Made by a program: the position numbers and the translations under genes
The notes under the pieces: generated by a model
Seen by the model: the letters and a program-made list of their open reading frames with translations, nothing else
Databases searched by the model: none
What the model was told of the DNA's origin: nothing
In this document: positions 8,393 to 18,081 of the stretch, piece after piece
Numbering within the stretch: the stretch's first letter is position 1
How the letters are laid out: each line of letters begins with the position of its first letter
Assembly: GCA_016220095.1 (NCBI GenBank)
Contig: JACRIJ010000044.1
Span: forward strand, 4,191-68,190
Direction: 5' to 3'
Source of the DNA: Planctomycetota bacterium
GTDB lineage: Bacteria; Planctomycetota; MHYJ01; JACQXL01; JACRIJ01
DNA length: 64,000 nt

Positions 8393-9358
8393 CTACTTTA
8401 CTGCGGACTTGATTTTTTCCATCCGTTTTTTCATCCAATCCGCCTCTTTGTCCAGCTTATTATCCCTGCAGAATTTTTCTAGCTGTTCATAGCGTTTATT
8501 GGCATCAAAACCGGTATTCCACTGCAACTTCCTCAGGCACACGGGGCATTCGTGCAAAGGCCTGCGGTCCGCCTCATCCATGCTGTTACTGCCGGCCATT
8601 ACGCATTCGTAATATATGCAATGAAGCATATTGAACATGTGCCCTGTTTCATGCACGAGCGTTTCACAACTCCTGCGCAATGACAGAATGCGGCTCTCAT
8701 CGGTATCCTTTTGGCCCCAGAATTCAGGAAAATACCGGGCAAGCGAATAAACACCGACGCGCTCCTTCAGGCTGGCCTGGCCGAAGACATAATTCCATTC
8801 ATCATCCGGATAAAGATCTTTCATGGTGATGCCGAGATAACAGAACGCGTCATCGGGTAAAGCGGGCTGAAGTACTTTTTCCAGAAAAAAATCCGTGCGG
8901 TATTGCACCCATTTTTTATTGCCCGAAGTGCGCGTACGTTTGTACTCTTCGGCATCGGGAAGCGCAACCGCGGTTTTAAGAACCACCGGCATCTGGAAGA
9001 AAATCTTTGTGAATTCCTCTAATTTGGAAAGCAATTCCTTCTCTTCATCCGTAAAAAGCCCTATAGGCTGGAGGTAAATCGTGGTATGTTTCTTATCGGG
9101 TTTATTAGGATTGGAATTTGAATATTGGCTGAAACTCTGGCCGGGTTCATCATACGCATCAAGCCAATCGCCGGGTTTCGGCGTCTTCATTTTTTCAAAA
9201 TCCGAATCATCCGCGAATGCGAAATTCCTGCCGTCCTTGTCCAATGCCGGCAGGTCCGAGACCCGCGGCGAATCCTGCGCCGGACATGTGCCGAACATAT
9301 ACGCGCCTGTACACACGACAGCGGCGGATAATAACGCGAAGAAAAGACATCTTGCCAT
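8393..9358 (-). CDS. Archaemetzincin-like zinc metallopeptidase (peptidase M54 family) with an N-terminal signal/lipoprotein-like peptide.
   Basis: The ORF track gives 321 aa. The sequence HETGHMFNMLHCIYYECVMAGSNSMDEADRRPLHECPVC fits the archaemetzincin signature HExxHxxxxxHC-x4-C-xM-x16-CxxC. The N-terminus is MARCLFFALLSAAVVCTG. Confidence 0.75.
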   Translation of the reverse strand: MARCLFFALLSAAVVCTGAYMFGTCPAQDSPRVSDLPALDKDGRNFAFADDSDFEKMKTPKPGDWLDAYDEPGQSFSQYSNSNPNKPDKKHTTIYLQPIGLFTDEEKELLSKLEEFTKIFFQMPVVLKTAVALPDAEEYKRTRTSGNKKWVQYRTDFFLEKVLQPALPDDAFCYLGITMKDLYPDDEWNYVFGQASLKERVGVYSLARYFPEFWGQKDTDESRILSLRRSCETLVHETGHMFNMLHCIYYECVMAGSNSMDEADRRPLHECPVCLRKLQWNTGFDANKRYEQLEKFCRDNKLDKEADWMKKRMEKIKSAVK

Positions 9359-9419
9359 AAAATACTCCCTCCAAACAGCGGATTCAACGAACGTTTTTTA
9401 CAACAGATTGAACAGAGGG

Positions 9420-9487
9420 CCGGGACCCGAGACCCGGCGTCCGGGCTCCGACCACGGACCTCGGCACCCGGCTCCCGGATAACGTCC
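9420..9487. repeat. CCGAG-periodic repeat element (family C), copy 2.
   Basis: cgggacccgagacccggcgtccgggctccgaccacggacctcggcacccggctcccggataacgtcc. It shares ccgggacccgag and cccggataacgtcc with 3957-4094. Confidence 0.55.
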
Positions 9488-9518
9488 TAAATTCTTCATT
9501 TTTCCTTTTTCCAGGATA

Positions 9519-9673
9519 TTGAAGCTCCCTGCAACAAGTCTTCGGCGAGCTCAGCCGAGCCGCTACAGGGAATCTTCGCTCCGTCGCTGAAGCTCTGGAG
9601 CGTAAGCGACTCGTCTAAGGAAAACGAATATTGTATTGTGTCCCGACAAGTCGGGACAGTGACGATTAAACGC
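9519..9673. repeat. Composite hairpin repeat element (family D), copy a.
   Basis: It contains tgaagctccctgcaacaag...ctacagggaatcttc, then the 29-bp block cgtctaaggaaaacgaatattgtattgtg that is identical at 51205-51233, then the hairpin tgtcccgacaagtcgggaca, then agtgacgattaaa. Confidence 0.7.
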
Positions 9674-9793
9674 AAAATAATTGAAAAAAGCCTGAAAATA
9701 AAATTAAAAATCAGTCAAATCCGTTTAATCTGTTGTGAAAACAAACCGTCGGCTTAATCAGCTGTCAAAAAATCAATCTGTTCCAATCCCGCG

Positions 9794-10975
9794 CTATTTC
9801 GTAATATATTTTCCTATATCAATTTTTACATATTCGCATTTTGTCGCGGGAATGGAACCGGCCGCAAGGTACAGTATTTTACCTTTTGGAAGGATAACCA
9901 TTGACTGAAGGTTTATCATTGACATGGGAACGGCCTTAAGAATATTCATCGTTTCCGCAACGCCGATGTTTCCGTACGCTTGTTCCGCGAGATTCCGCAT
10001 GGTTTCATACCTGTCATCGCCTTTACTGACGCGCATCTCGCCGGAGACAAACCAATTCGTACAATACAACAGCCCCTTTTCGGGACGCCGCACCGCAACC
10101 TGATTTTGGGTAAATTCAATTACCGCGGAATTACCGCCTGCGTCGGCAATTGCGAGATTTACAGGCGCGCTTCTTTTCGCGTTTCTTATCAACTGAACCG
10201 CGGAATCCATGTCTGCCGCGTTTTCAAGCACTTCACGCAGAAGCATTACCGAAGGGATGCCGTTTGCAGACGCCGCATTGTCAAGGCTGACGAGCATCGC
10301 AAGGACGAGCCCATCCTCATTTACGCCGGTAAGCACGCCGGCAAATCCGGGCCATGTAACGGACGCGAACGATTTCTTGTCCGCCGGATGATAAACGGTA
10401 ATAAGAGTATATTTATCCGCGATACCAAGGGAAAAAAAATCCAGGTTGCGGCCAAAAATTATTTCCGGTTCTTTAATTGACGGCGGCCCCGCAATAATCG
10501 CACTGCAAAACGGCATACGCGGGATGTCAATGATCGTATGCAATAATTTCAGTTTATCGGGCAAAACGCCTGCCGCAACGGCCATGGATTCCAATTCCGC
10601 AACGTACGCGTCAGGCATAAAAGGTTTCATTTCTTCCAATGCCTTAAGCGCGACTTGATTGTTATTTTCTTTGGAAAGAAAACGCGACAAGTATGTATCA
10701 ACTATCCGGCCTAACTGCGGCTTAAGTAATACACCCTGCTGTGCCCCCATATCCTGCGGAGAGCCGCGCAGGACAAGCACGGGAATGCCGTTATCAAAAA
10801 GCAATTCGCCGTTACCGGATTTGGCCGGCTGAAAATCGGTTCTGGAGTGCTTGGAAACGACGTAAGGCGGGACTTCAATAACTGAACAGCATCTGACGAA
10901 AAGGCAGTAAAATACCGCAAGGAGGAATACCAATATAATGATCCGCTTTACGCCGTTTCTGGTAATGAGTTTCAT
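9794..10975 (-). CDS. Ntn-hydrolase of the peptidase C45 / acyl-CoA:6-aminopenicillanic acid acyltransferase-like family, with an N-terminal TM/signal.
   Basis: The ORF track gives 393 aa. The candidate autoproteolytic nucleophile Cys is in PRMPFCSAIIAGP, which matches the C45 layout of a mature beta-subunit N-terminal Cys. The N-terminus IIILVFLLAVFYCLF is hydrophobic. The family call is from motif memory only. Confidence 0.5.
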   Translation of the reverse strand: MKLITRNGVKRIIILVFLLAVFYCLFVRCCSVIEVPPYVVSKHSRTDFQPAKSGNGELLFDNGIPVLVLRGSPQDMGAQQGVLLKPQLGRIVDTYLSRFLSKENNNQVALKALEEMKPFMPDAYVAELESMAVAAGVLPDKLKLLHTIIDIPRMPFCSAIIAGPPSIKEPEIIFGRNLDFFSLGIADKYTLITVYHPADKKSFASVTWPGFAGVLTGVNEDGLVLAMLVSLDNAASANGIPSVMLLREVLENAADMDSAVQLIRNAKRSAPVNLAIADAGGNSAVIEFTQNQVAVRRPEKGLLYCTNWFVSGEMRVSKGDDRYETMRNLAEQAYGNIGVAETMNILKAVPMSMINLQSMVILPKGKILYLAAGSIPATKCEYVKIDIGKYITK

Positions 10976-11451
10976 GACGGCATTCTATCATATTGATGCC
11001 ATATAAGTCAAATGGAAAAATCTTAAAATGTTTAGAGTGCTCAGCCGTTATTTCGTCGTATCGTTTTGCGTCGTTTTCGCGTCCTTAACGTTCTTTGCGG
11101 TTAAAATTCGTCGTCGTTTTGTCCGTGTCTATTACAAGTCTCATCAAGTCCCTGCTAATTTTCATCGTCGTTGCCGTTTTGTTTTCAGTTCTTAAGTCGT
11201 TTAGTTATTTGGTTGTTCAGCCGTTTAGTTGTTTAATCGTAAAGCCGTAAATCAGTTTTATATCTTATTCATAAAAAATCTTTCCCCCCTTGCGGGATTT
11301 GAAATTCTACCCTTCTTGTTCAGAGAGAGTTTATACCCCCTCCTATACTAGCTTAACGACGACGAAGCACCGTCCGATACAGCCGATTATTATACATTTC
11401 CCTTGCACAGACCATAGACGCGCCCTTTCCGCTGTATTCTTTTCCATTGTT

Positions 11452-12405
11452 TTAAAGTGTACACAGCCACTTTGAAACAGAAGTAACATGTTCTTCATCA
11501 GTAAGGTTTGCGGCATTCTCCAGTTTGCCATACTTAAGCATCTTCCATATCTCCTTGGCCATCTTGGTTTCAATAGCCGCTCCTATGAAAAAAGTATGCG
11601 GTTTGAGTTTCCGTTTTGAAAATGCCTCATAAATCCGATTTAGAGCCGTCCTGGCAGTTTTCCAATGTTCATCCGCTCCTGCCGGATCAATACCGCCTTT
11701 CAATTCGCCAAGAGCAATATAGGCTGAAGGAGTTTTGATGACTTCACGCGTCAGATTTTCAGCAAAACAATTGAATAACGATAAATCCACATTATTTCGG
11801 AATAATGGAACCGTGATGTTATAGAGTAGCGTTCGTGGTCCCTTTCCAGTATCCCAACATAAACCACGTAGCGATAATTCCACATCGGCGTCATCCTCCG
11901 GTAATTCAATCCAAGTATTCGTTTCACCTTGAAGCCAATAACACTTGTATCCGGCAAGTTTCAAATAAGCAATGATAGCTCGCGTGAGCTTCTTCTGCGC
12001 CATAAAGCCACCGATATTCCTCATAGAACCGCCAAGTGTATCACCGCGCGTCAGCAAAAACCGAAAGACAAGCTCCTCCACAAAATTGACGCCTGCGGGT
12101 TCAAGAAAATTTCTGATAAGACCGTTGACGGCCTCGTGTTTGTCAGAGTCTTGCAAATAGTTTGTTGCCTTATCTGATACTCCAGAGGCCGTCAGCAAAG
12201 CAGATTGTATATCTGGGAATTTAAGCAAATCTCTGGGTAATATGGCCTTACTTGCCGCAGTTTTCAATGCGCGTGCCTGAGCGACAAACGGTGTTGCAAG
12301 CCGATTCTTTTCCAGCGCAAGAGCAACAAAACCCGCACGAACAGCCTCATAGGTTGTCTCAAGACTCTTACAAGATTCAAGGTGTTGTAGATACGGTTTC
12401 GCCAT
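11452..12405 (-). CDS. Putative type II restriction endonuclease (partner of the adjacent MTase). The ORF track start at 12495 would overlap the MTase by 86 bp; an alternative start MAKPYLQ at 12405 sits 4 bp after the MTase stop.
   Basis: It is co-directional and abuts the DNA methyltransferase 12410..13870, with no recognisable domain of another function. ATGGCGAAACCG (MAKP) at 12405..12394 was checked by hand. The whole segment is AT-rich relative to its neighbours, judged by eye. Confidence 0.4.
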   Translation of the reverse strand: MAKPYLQHLESCKSLETTYEAVRAGFVALALEKNRLATPFVAQARALKTAASKAILPRDLLKFPDIQSALLTASGVSDKATNYLQDSDKHEAVNGLIRNFLEPAGVNFVEELVFRFLLTRGDTLGGSMRNIGGFMAQKKLTRAIIAYLKLAGYKCYWLQGETNTWIELPEDDADVELSLRGLCWDTGKGPRTLLYNITVPLFRNNVDLSLFNCFAENLTREVIKTPSAYIALGELKGGIDPAGADEHWKTARTALNRIYEAFSKRKLKPHTFFIGAAIETKMAKEIWKMLKYGKLENAANLTDEEHVTSVSKWLCTL

Positions 12406-12409
12406 TTTG

Positions 12410-13870
12410 TTATTCCTTTCGCCAAACATACACGCATTTACGTAGTGATTCTCTCCCATGTACGCCCATTTGCTGGCTACTGTTCCCTTTTTCATTTGGC
12501 AATACCAAAATCCGCTCTGCCTTGAAACCTAATTGCTCGGCAAGCTCCGAAAGAATAATGTCTACCGATATACTTGCACCTGCATACCGCACGTTATCGT
12601 TCACCATGATAAGCGGCGCTCCCTGTTTCAGCACACGAGCTGACTCAAAGATAACGCAAGCCATTTCGTAAAAGTAACCACGCACCATACGGGGAATACC
12701 ATTATTATTAAGCAAGTCTAGTTCCTTTTGTGAATTTAAGTAGGCGAGGATACTTTGCAACAGTGGGTGTTGGTCAGCGGCGGCGATGGCAATTTCCCAT
12801 TTCGGATTTATTGCCAACAGGTTTTTTGCCCGGTTTTCGACTGTACAACTCAACATCTCCTGCCTGAGCATAGACAATCCTTCTTCATTAACACCAAGAA
12901 TCGCAAGTTCCAACGCATAGGTACGCGTATAATCGTAGCGATTACAGTATGGCGGAGATGTGATTAATCCATCATAGGACTCGGCCCTAAGCTTTGGCAA
13001 AAGATTTAAACATGAGCCTCTAAATAACTTGATCTCTGCCTTAGAATGAGGTTTAGCGAACAAATCTTCGGGTACATTAGCAAAATGCAAATCCGTAACT
13101 ATCTCGTGAAGCTTGTTTGTGATAGCCTTATTGAAATTCAAAATTATACCTTTGTCAAAAACCTTTTTCCCTTGTCGCCGGCCTGAGCGATGATCCCATC
13201 TTAAATACTGTCCATCCTTTCTCGTGAAACTGATACTCTCCAAAATACACAGTAAAGCAAATAGCAAAACAGCTTTTATTCGGTGTTCCTCTTGTTCCAT
13301 CACATATAGAAATCGCCCCATTGCCTCAAGCGTTTCTGCCGGATACGCACCACGTGTAATCCTGAGTTCATTTATAGGTTTAGCGGTCTTGCTCTTCTGC
13401 CAAGGGCGCTCATCTCTCCAGAAAACAAGACGTTTTATGTCCGTATCCTTCAATTTCCAATCAATCAGTTGCTTTGTCTCAATAACAATTTGACCTAAAG
13501 GAAGCAATTCTATGCCTTCGGCCTTCAGCCCTAAACCGCCTGCCGCAAACAGAGCTGTCCCGCTTCCTGCAAATGGATCAAGCACAACCCCCTTACTAAT
13601 ATTATACCTGCTCAACAAATTCTCAATAAGACCGGCAGAAAAAGCCTCTTTATACTTAAACCAACGATAGACAGCCTTGCTCTTATTTGCTTGAAAACTC
13701 ACCATTGAGCGGGTAAGCGAATCATCAATGCGAAGTTTATCTGCCCATCGTGCTTGAGCATCACCATTTAACTCCTCAACTTGATCTATTGTACCAGATA
13801 CAATAGATAACATAGTGCCATTATTTGAACATTTCGTTCTATCTTCGGATATTATTGTACGTTGTGTCAT
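12410..13870 (-). CDS. Site-specific DNA methyltransferase (N6-adenine or N4-cytosine, alpha-type motif order).
   Basis: The ORF track gives 486 aa. Motif I is [13 protein letters not shown] at about aa 95. Motif IV is [12 protein letters not shown] at about aa 305. The stop TAA is at 12410-12412. Confidence 0.85.
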   Translation of the reverse strand: MTQRTIISEDRTKCSNNGTMLSIVSGTIDQVEELNGDAQARWADKLRIDDSLTRSMVSFQANKSKAVYRWFKYKEAFSAGLIENLLSRYNISKGVVLDPFAGSGTALFAAGGLGLKAEGIELLPLGQIVIETKQLIDWKLKDTDIKRLVFWRDERPWQKSKTAKPINELRITRGAYPAETLEAMGRFLYVMEQEEHRIKAVLLFALLCILESISFTRKDGQYLRWDHRSGRRQGKKVFDKGIILNFNKAITNKLHEIVTDLHFANVPEDLFAKPHSKAEIKLFRGSCLNLLPKLRAESYDGLITSPPYCNRYDYTRTYALELAILGVNEEGLSMLRQEMLSCTVENRAKNLLAINPKWEIAIAAADQHPLLQSILAYLNSQKELDLLNNNGIPRMVRGYFYEMACVIFESARVLKQGAPLIMVNDNVRYAGASISVDIILSELAEQLGFKAERILVLPNEKGNSSQQMGVHGRESLRKCVYVWRKE

Positions 13871-14057
13871 TTTTGTACCTAATGTATTTATCTGGCAATC
13901 TTCTCTGCCTAACGTCTGAACTCAACGACGATGAAACTCCATCCGCTATAGTGGAACCGTAAAATCTTTTATTGCTGATATTATACCTTATCTTCATCCT
14001 AAAATGCAAGATTTTTTATCTTTGGCCTTTCTTGCTAACTTTAATTTGTCTTTTTTT

Positions 14058-14819
14058 CTACCTTCTCCGTTTTTCATTCGATTTATCACAACCCTGTCTG
14101 CCGAACGCGTATCTGATCACTTTTTTCGGGCAGTTATCAACGCATTCGCCGCAGAGTATGCATTCTAAATCGGCCATGGAACCTTTCTGCACCATCCCGT
14201 AAACGTCAAGGCTCATACGGCAATTCTTCGCGCATAATTTGCATTGAACACATTTTTCTTTATCAGCGGACAAATGAAGCGACGGCGATCTTGTGAGACG
14301 CCCCACAATATTGCCCGTAACCATAAACGGCGCCATCCAACAGCCGTAATGGCAAAACGCGCGCCTGCCCGCCGTAAACGCAAGTATTGTTATCAATCCT
14401 GTAACGAAGAAATAAATAATATAGGCATTCGGCTCGGCAACTAATATGCCGGACTTTGTCATGTAAAACACGTCAATAGACTTAAAGCCGCCCGCGGATA
14501 CTGCGGCAATTGCTATCACGGCGAGCCACGGCACCCAGATAAAGTATTTTATCCAATTGCATCTGCCGCCCCTTGCGTTCTTGTTGGAAACCGCCTGACA
14601 GCATTCCTGCAGGCCCGCGCCCGGGCACACCCATCCGCAAAACCCCCTGCCGAGAAACAACGCCGAAACAAACAAAGACGCGAACAGGACAAAACTCCCC
14701 GTCATTATCCCCTCCGCCGCACCCTGTATAATCAGCGCCGGCGAAAGATAATAAAGAGTCGCCGGAAACAGGATAAATGAAATTAGAATCAACATTCTTC
14801 TAAGACTCTGCCTTTTCAT
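14058..14819 (-). CDS. Membrane polyferredoxin-type 4Fe-4S binding protein (COG0348 / NapH-like).
   Basis: The N-terminal TM helices contain GRGFCGWVCPGAG. The C-terminus has two ferredoxin motifs: CVQCKLCAKNCRM and CILCGECVDNCP. Confidence 0.8.
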   Translation of the reverse strand: MKRQSLRRMLILISFILFPATLYYLSPALIIQGAAEGIMTGSFVLFASLFVSALFLGRGFCGWVCPGAGLQECCQAVSNKNARGGRCNWIKYFIWVPWLAVIAIAAVSAGGFKSIDVFYMTKSGILVAEPNAYIIYFFVTGLITILAFTAGRRAFCHYGCWMAPFMVTGNIVGRLTRSPSLHLSADKEKCVQCKLCAKNCRMSLDVYGMVQKGSMADLECILCGECVDNCPKKVIRYAFGRQGCDKSNEKRRR

Positions 14820-14876
14820 TGTTTTTTCGCTCTCACTTTTACGCTCGCGACCGAATGCCCGATACCGTTCATTTCT

Positions 14877-15008
14877 TCAGGGGCAATCCTCACATCCTTC
14901 AAAATGACTTTTGCAGCATGATTTTACCGGCGGACAGCAGGATTTTTTTTGCCTTGCTATCTCGGCGTAACCCTCGCGCACAACTTTTCTGATTTCTTTC
15001 ATAACCAT
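14877..15008 (-). CDS. Six-cysteine micro-protein (43 aa) of unknown function.
   Basis: The protein is MVMKEIRKVVREGYAEIARQKKSCCPPVKSCCKSHFEGCEDCP. The ATG at 15008 lies 9 nt after GGAGG (reverse complement of 15013-15017). It begins 7 bp before the stop of the upstream 204-aa gene and ends 58 bp before the polyferredoxin gene, on the same strand. Confidence 0.35.
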   Translation of the reverse strand: MVMKEIRKVVREGYAEIARQKKSCCPPVKSCCKSHFEGCEDCP

Positions 15009-15613
15009 GTTATATAACCTCCTATTGCAAAACCCGGATCGCCTTCGGATGCCGATCCCATAAGGCAAAGCTGATTCAATACCTCCCCGAACAATTCGTA
15101 AAGTTTTTTCAAACGATGAACATCCCTTATAACGCCTATTGAACGGAAGTACAAGACATCAACCTTGTCAGGCGCCGCTCCCAGGAACTCTTCATCGTCC
15201 CTGACCTTCAAATAAACATACGGTTGAATATCAATCAACCGGCGAATTTCGGTATTTGCGAACAATGTGCGAACTTTGGCTTCATCGTTTCCTTTAATGA
15301 TAAAATTCCTGTCAAATTCAGGATAACCGACTTCAATATCCCGCATTCCAAATAATTCCCCCAATCCGCTGAATAGTCCCTTTCTATATATTGCAAATTG
15401 AAAACCGTCTTTAATTAAGAATGACGACCTTACTCTTGTACAAGAAGGGTTAGTAAATGTCACATCAAATACTATTGTCCATTCCCCTGATTTAACACGA
15501 ACTTCCGGATACCCTGACAAAAACCCGGAAGTAGTATATTTGCCGCCGATTTCTTCGCTGAATTGCTTGTAGCTTTTGTTCACACCCGGATGTACTATTC
15601 TAAAAACACCCAT
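14999..15613 (-). CDS. Hypothetical protein (204 aa), first gene of the putative operon 15613->14058.
   Basis: The ORF track gives MGVFRIVHPGVNKSYKQF... No recognisable motifs. The next two ORFs are tightly packed and co-directional. Confidence 0.5.
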   Translation of the reverse strand: MGVFRIVHPGVNKSYKQFSEEIGGKYTTSGFLSGYPEVRVKSGEWTIVFDVTFTNPSCTRVRSSFLIKDGFQFAIYRKGLFSGLGELFGMRDIEVGYPEFDRNFIIKGNDEAKVRTLFANTEIRRLIDIQPYVYLKVRDDEEFLGAAPDKVDVLYFRSIGVIRDVHRLKKLYELFGEVLNQLCLMGSASEGDPGFAIGGYITWL

Positions 15614-16019
15614 GATACTGCTATTCCTTTAACATCTTATTAATGAAAAATCTTTCACCCATTTCGGGGTTTGAATTCTACCCTTCTTGTTCAGCGAGGG
15701 TTTACACCCCTGCCTATACGCTATCGCCCCTATCGGGGCTGTGCGTCGTACTACGCGCTTTTCCTTAGTATAATATCAATGTAAGGGATCCCGCGCAGGG
15801 AGGTGGCAAAAACCGGTAAAAGTTGTCGTTTTCCGTGTGTTCAGTGTCTTCTGTGATAAAAATCGTCTTGTCATTTCGTCGTGTCTCTTTAAAGTCTCGT
15901 CAAGTCCCTGTAAAAAATCGTCGTCGTTTCGTCGTCTATGTTGTTTAGTTATTCAGTCGTTTCGTCGTTCTCCGCGGTCTCTGTGCTCTCGGTGGCAAAA
16001 TTCGTATCGTCAGTTCGAA

Positions 16020-16934
16020 TCACCGGGTAATATTCAGGAACTGTTTCTTTTCAAAGCGCAGACACAGCGTCCGCGGCAGATTCAAAATATTCCACCAATA
16101 CGCGTACGCCTGCGCCCGAAGCTTGCCGAAAAATAGCGGGCCGCCTTCTATCAAAAACCTGCGCGGGTTGAAAAACGGCGCGAAATCATAGGCCGGCGCC
16201 AGCGGTATCTGTTCCCATCCGCAGTTAAGCAGGACAAACCTCAGCCGGTTCCTCTGCAGAAGCCGCCTGTAGGCGTTGCTCGGAGGCCGCTTCTCATCCG
16301 ACCTGAAATGCCTTACGCCGAATTCGCGGTCTACGACTATTTTATATCCTGACTTTTTTATCTTAAAACACAAATCCTTATCTTCCGCGAGGTAGATATA
16401 ATATGAATCAAATCCGCCTATGCCATAAACAATATCGCGGCGCGCAAGCAGGTTGAGCGTATCAAAATAATCGCATTCGCAAACGCCTTCGCAGGAGTGT
16501 ATCTTCATCACGGCCTCGCCGTTCGGCCTTATGTCAAATCCCTTCACGCCGATGCAATTGCCGTTGCCGTCATAACGCAGTTCACCGCCGGCACAGCCGG
16601 CATCGGGATGCCCTTCCAGATAATCAACCATCCTCTGCAGAACCCCGTTGTCTTCGCATAAACTGTCATTGTCAAGGAACCACAGGTACGCGCCTTTGCT
16701 CAAACGAATGCCCTGATTGCGCGCCTCGGCGGCGCCAATATTGGTTTTGTTTTCAATCAGTTGCACTTGAGGAAATTTTGACCTGACCATTTCAGGGGCG
16801 CCGTCCGTGCTGGCGTTATCAATGACGATAACCTCTACAGGCTTGTAAGACTGCCAGAAAACGCCGTCAAGGCATTTTTCAAGCAAACCGCAGCGGTTTA
16901 TGTTTGGGATTATGACGGATACGAGTTTAGGCAT
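16020..16934 (-). CDS. Family 2 glycosyltransferase.
   Basis: MPKLVSVIIPNINRCGLLEKCLDGVFWQSYKPVEVIVIDNASTDG is a typical GT2 N-terminus, with the DxD-type motif in FLDNDS. Confidence 0.8.
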   Translation of the reverse strand: MPKLVSVIIPNINRCGLLEKCLDGVFWQSYKPVEVIVIDNASTDGAPEMVRSKFPQVQLIENKTNIGAAEARNQGIRLSKGAYLWFLDNDSLCEDNGVLQRMVDYLEGHPDAGCAGGELRYDGNGNCIGVKGFDIRPNGEAVMKIHSCEGVCECDYFDTLNLLARRDIVYGIGGFDSYYIYLAEDKDLCFKIKKSGYKIVVDREFGVRHFRSDEKRPPSNAYRRLLQRNRLRFVLLNCGWEQIPLAPAYDFAPFFNPRRFLIEGGPLFFGKLRAQAYAYWWNILNLPRTLCLRFEKKQFLNITR

Positions 16935-17231
16935 TGTAATTTGTTAAACAATTTTAGCCACAGCCCTTCGGTTCCCTCAGGATAAAAGCGCACAGAGGAC
17001 TCAGAGAGCGACGACAACTTTGTCAAGTTGGCCGTCCCGTCAAAGCCAAAGACGAGCATTTGGTGGCAGTTTACAGGCAATACAGCCATTGACGTTTATG
17101 CGCGCTAAAAATTGTCATTAATCTCAGTGTACTCTGTGTTCTCTGTGGCAAATTAGCGCAGTCACGCGCCGGGACGATATTTATTGTTGTGGCTCAGTAC
17201 GTTCTGTGATTTCTTTGTAAAGAATCAGGCG

Positions 17232-18059
17232 CTAATGCAAAAGGGCCGACAGGTTTTCAGCGAGCACCATCCTTTTTTGTTCTTCACTGATATTCAGGGT
17301 TAAGATTGATTCTAAAGCCGCCTTCTGGGTTACCACCGGCGCGTCGGAACCGAAAAGCACCTTTTCAGGAACGGCTTTTATTGCCTTCTCAAGATAATGC
17401 TGGAATATCACGCACGCGGTGCCGAGATAGATATTTTTGTACGCCCTCGCAAGTCCTATAGAAGCGTCATAAAGCGACCGCCTAAGGGGATATCCGCCGA
17501 AATGCGCCAGTATCACCGGAAAATCATACCGTGAAATCACGGTTTCCATCAGCTCATTATAATCAATGCCTTCGCCGGCATGCAGGAGCACCGGCAGTTT
17601 TTTGTCGTTTATCATGCCCCAGATTTCATCCGAAGGCATTCCGTCCTGGGGCAGGTTTATCTTTACGCCTTTGTATTGCGTCAGATAACGCGCCATGTCT
17701 TCCTTTGCCGTATATTCAGGCGCAAAACCGAATGTCTCAGGCCTGCCCGCGTTGAACCACGATAACAATTTTTTTCGCTTTGTAAAAGGATGCGGCTTAG
17801 GAGATTTAATCCTCATAAATGGAATGAATTTGCCGGGGAATTCCGCGATAATTTTCAGGATTTCATCGTTTGCCTTCTTATACCCGCTCGGATAATACGT
17901 AGGGAAAATAACAGATTGGTCAATGCCGGTCTTGTCCATCTGCGCCGCTATGGCGCAGTGGTCAATGTCGGACATGATGGGGTCGTCTTTCAACTCGCCC
18001 TGTCCGGCGTTCACGTGCCCGTCTATTACCTTAAAACCCGATACTGTCATAATGGACAA
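17232..18059 (-). CDS. Metal-dependent amidohydrolase (amidohydrolase-2 / TIM-barrel hydrolase family).
   Basis: The pattern KVIDGHVN ... HAGEG ... AHFGG ... FGSDAP matches the amidohydrolase-2 metal-ligand arrangement. Confidence 0.7.
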   Translation of the reverse strand: MSIMTVSGFKVIDGHVNAGQGELKDDPIMSDIDHCAIAAQMDKTGIDQSVIFPTYYPSGYKKANDEILKIIAEFPGKFIPFMRIKSPKPHPFTKRKKLLSWFNAGRPETFGFAPEYTAKEDMARYLTQYKGVKINLPQDGMPSDEIWGMINDKKLPVLLHAGEGIDYNELMETVISRYDFPVILAHFGGYPLRRSLYDASIGLARAYKNIYLGTACVIFQHYLEKAIKAVPEKVLFGSDAPVVTQKAALESILTLNISEEQKRMVLAENLSALLH

Positions 18060-18081
18060 ATAATATCATAATTCAGGGCAA

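Noticed and set aside
9081-9482. 133-aa plus-strand ORF opposite the archaemetzincin gene.
   Set aside because: It overlaps a well-supported minus-strand CDS and its tail runs through the CCGAG repeat. It has no motifs.
11452-12495. Start of the restriction-enzyme-like ORF at 12495 (347 aa), as given by the ORF track.
   Set aside because: It would overlap the upstream MTase by 86 bp. An ATG (MAKPYLQ) at 12405 lies 4 bp after the MTase stop. The shorter version is more parsimonious, though not proven.
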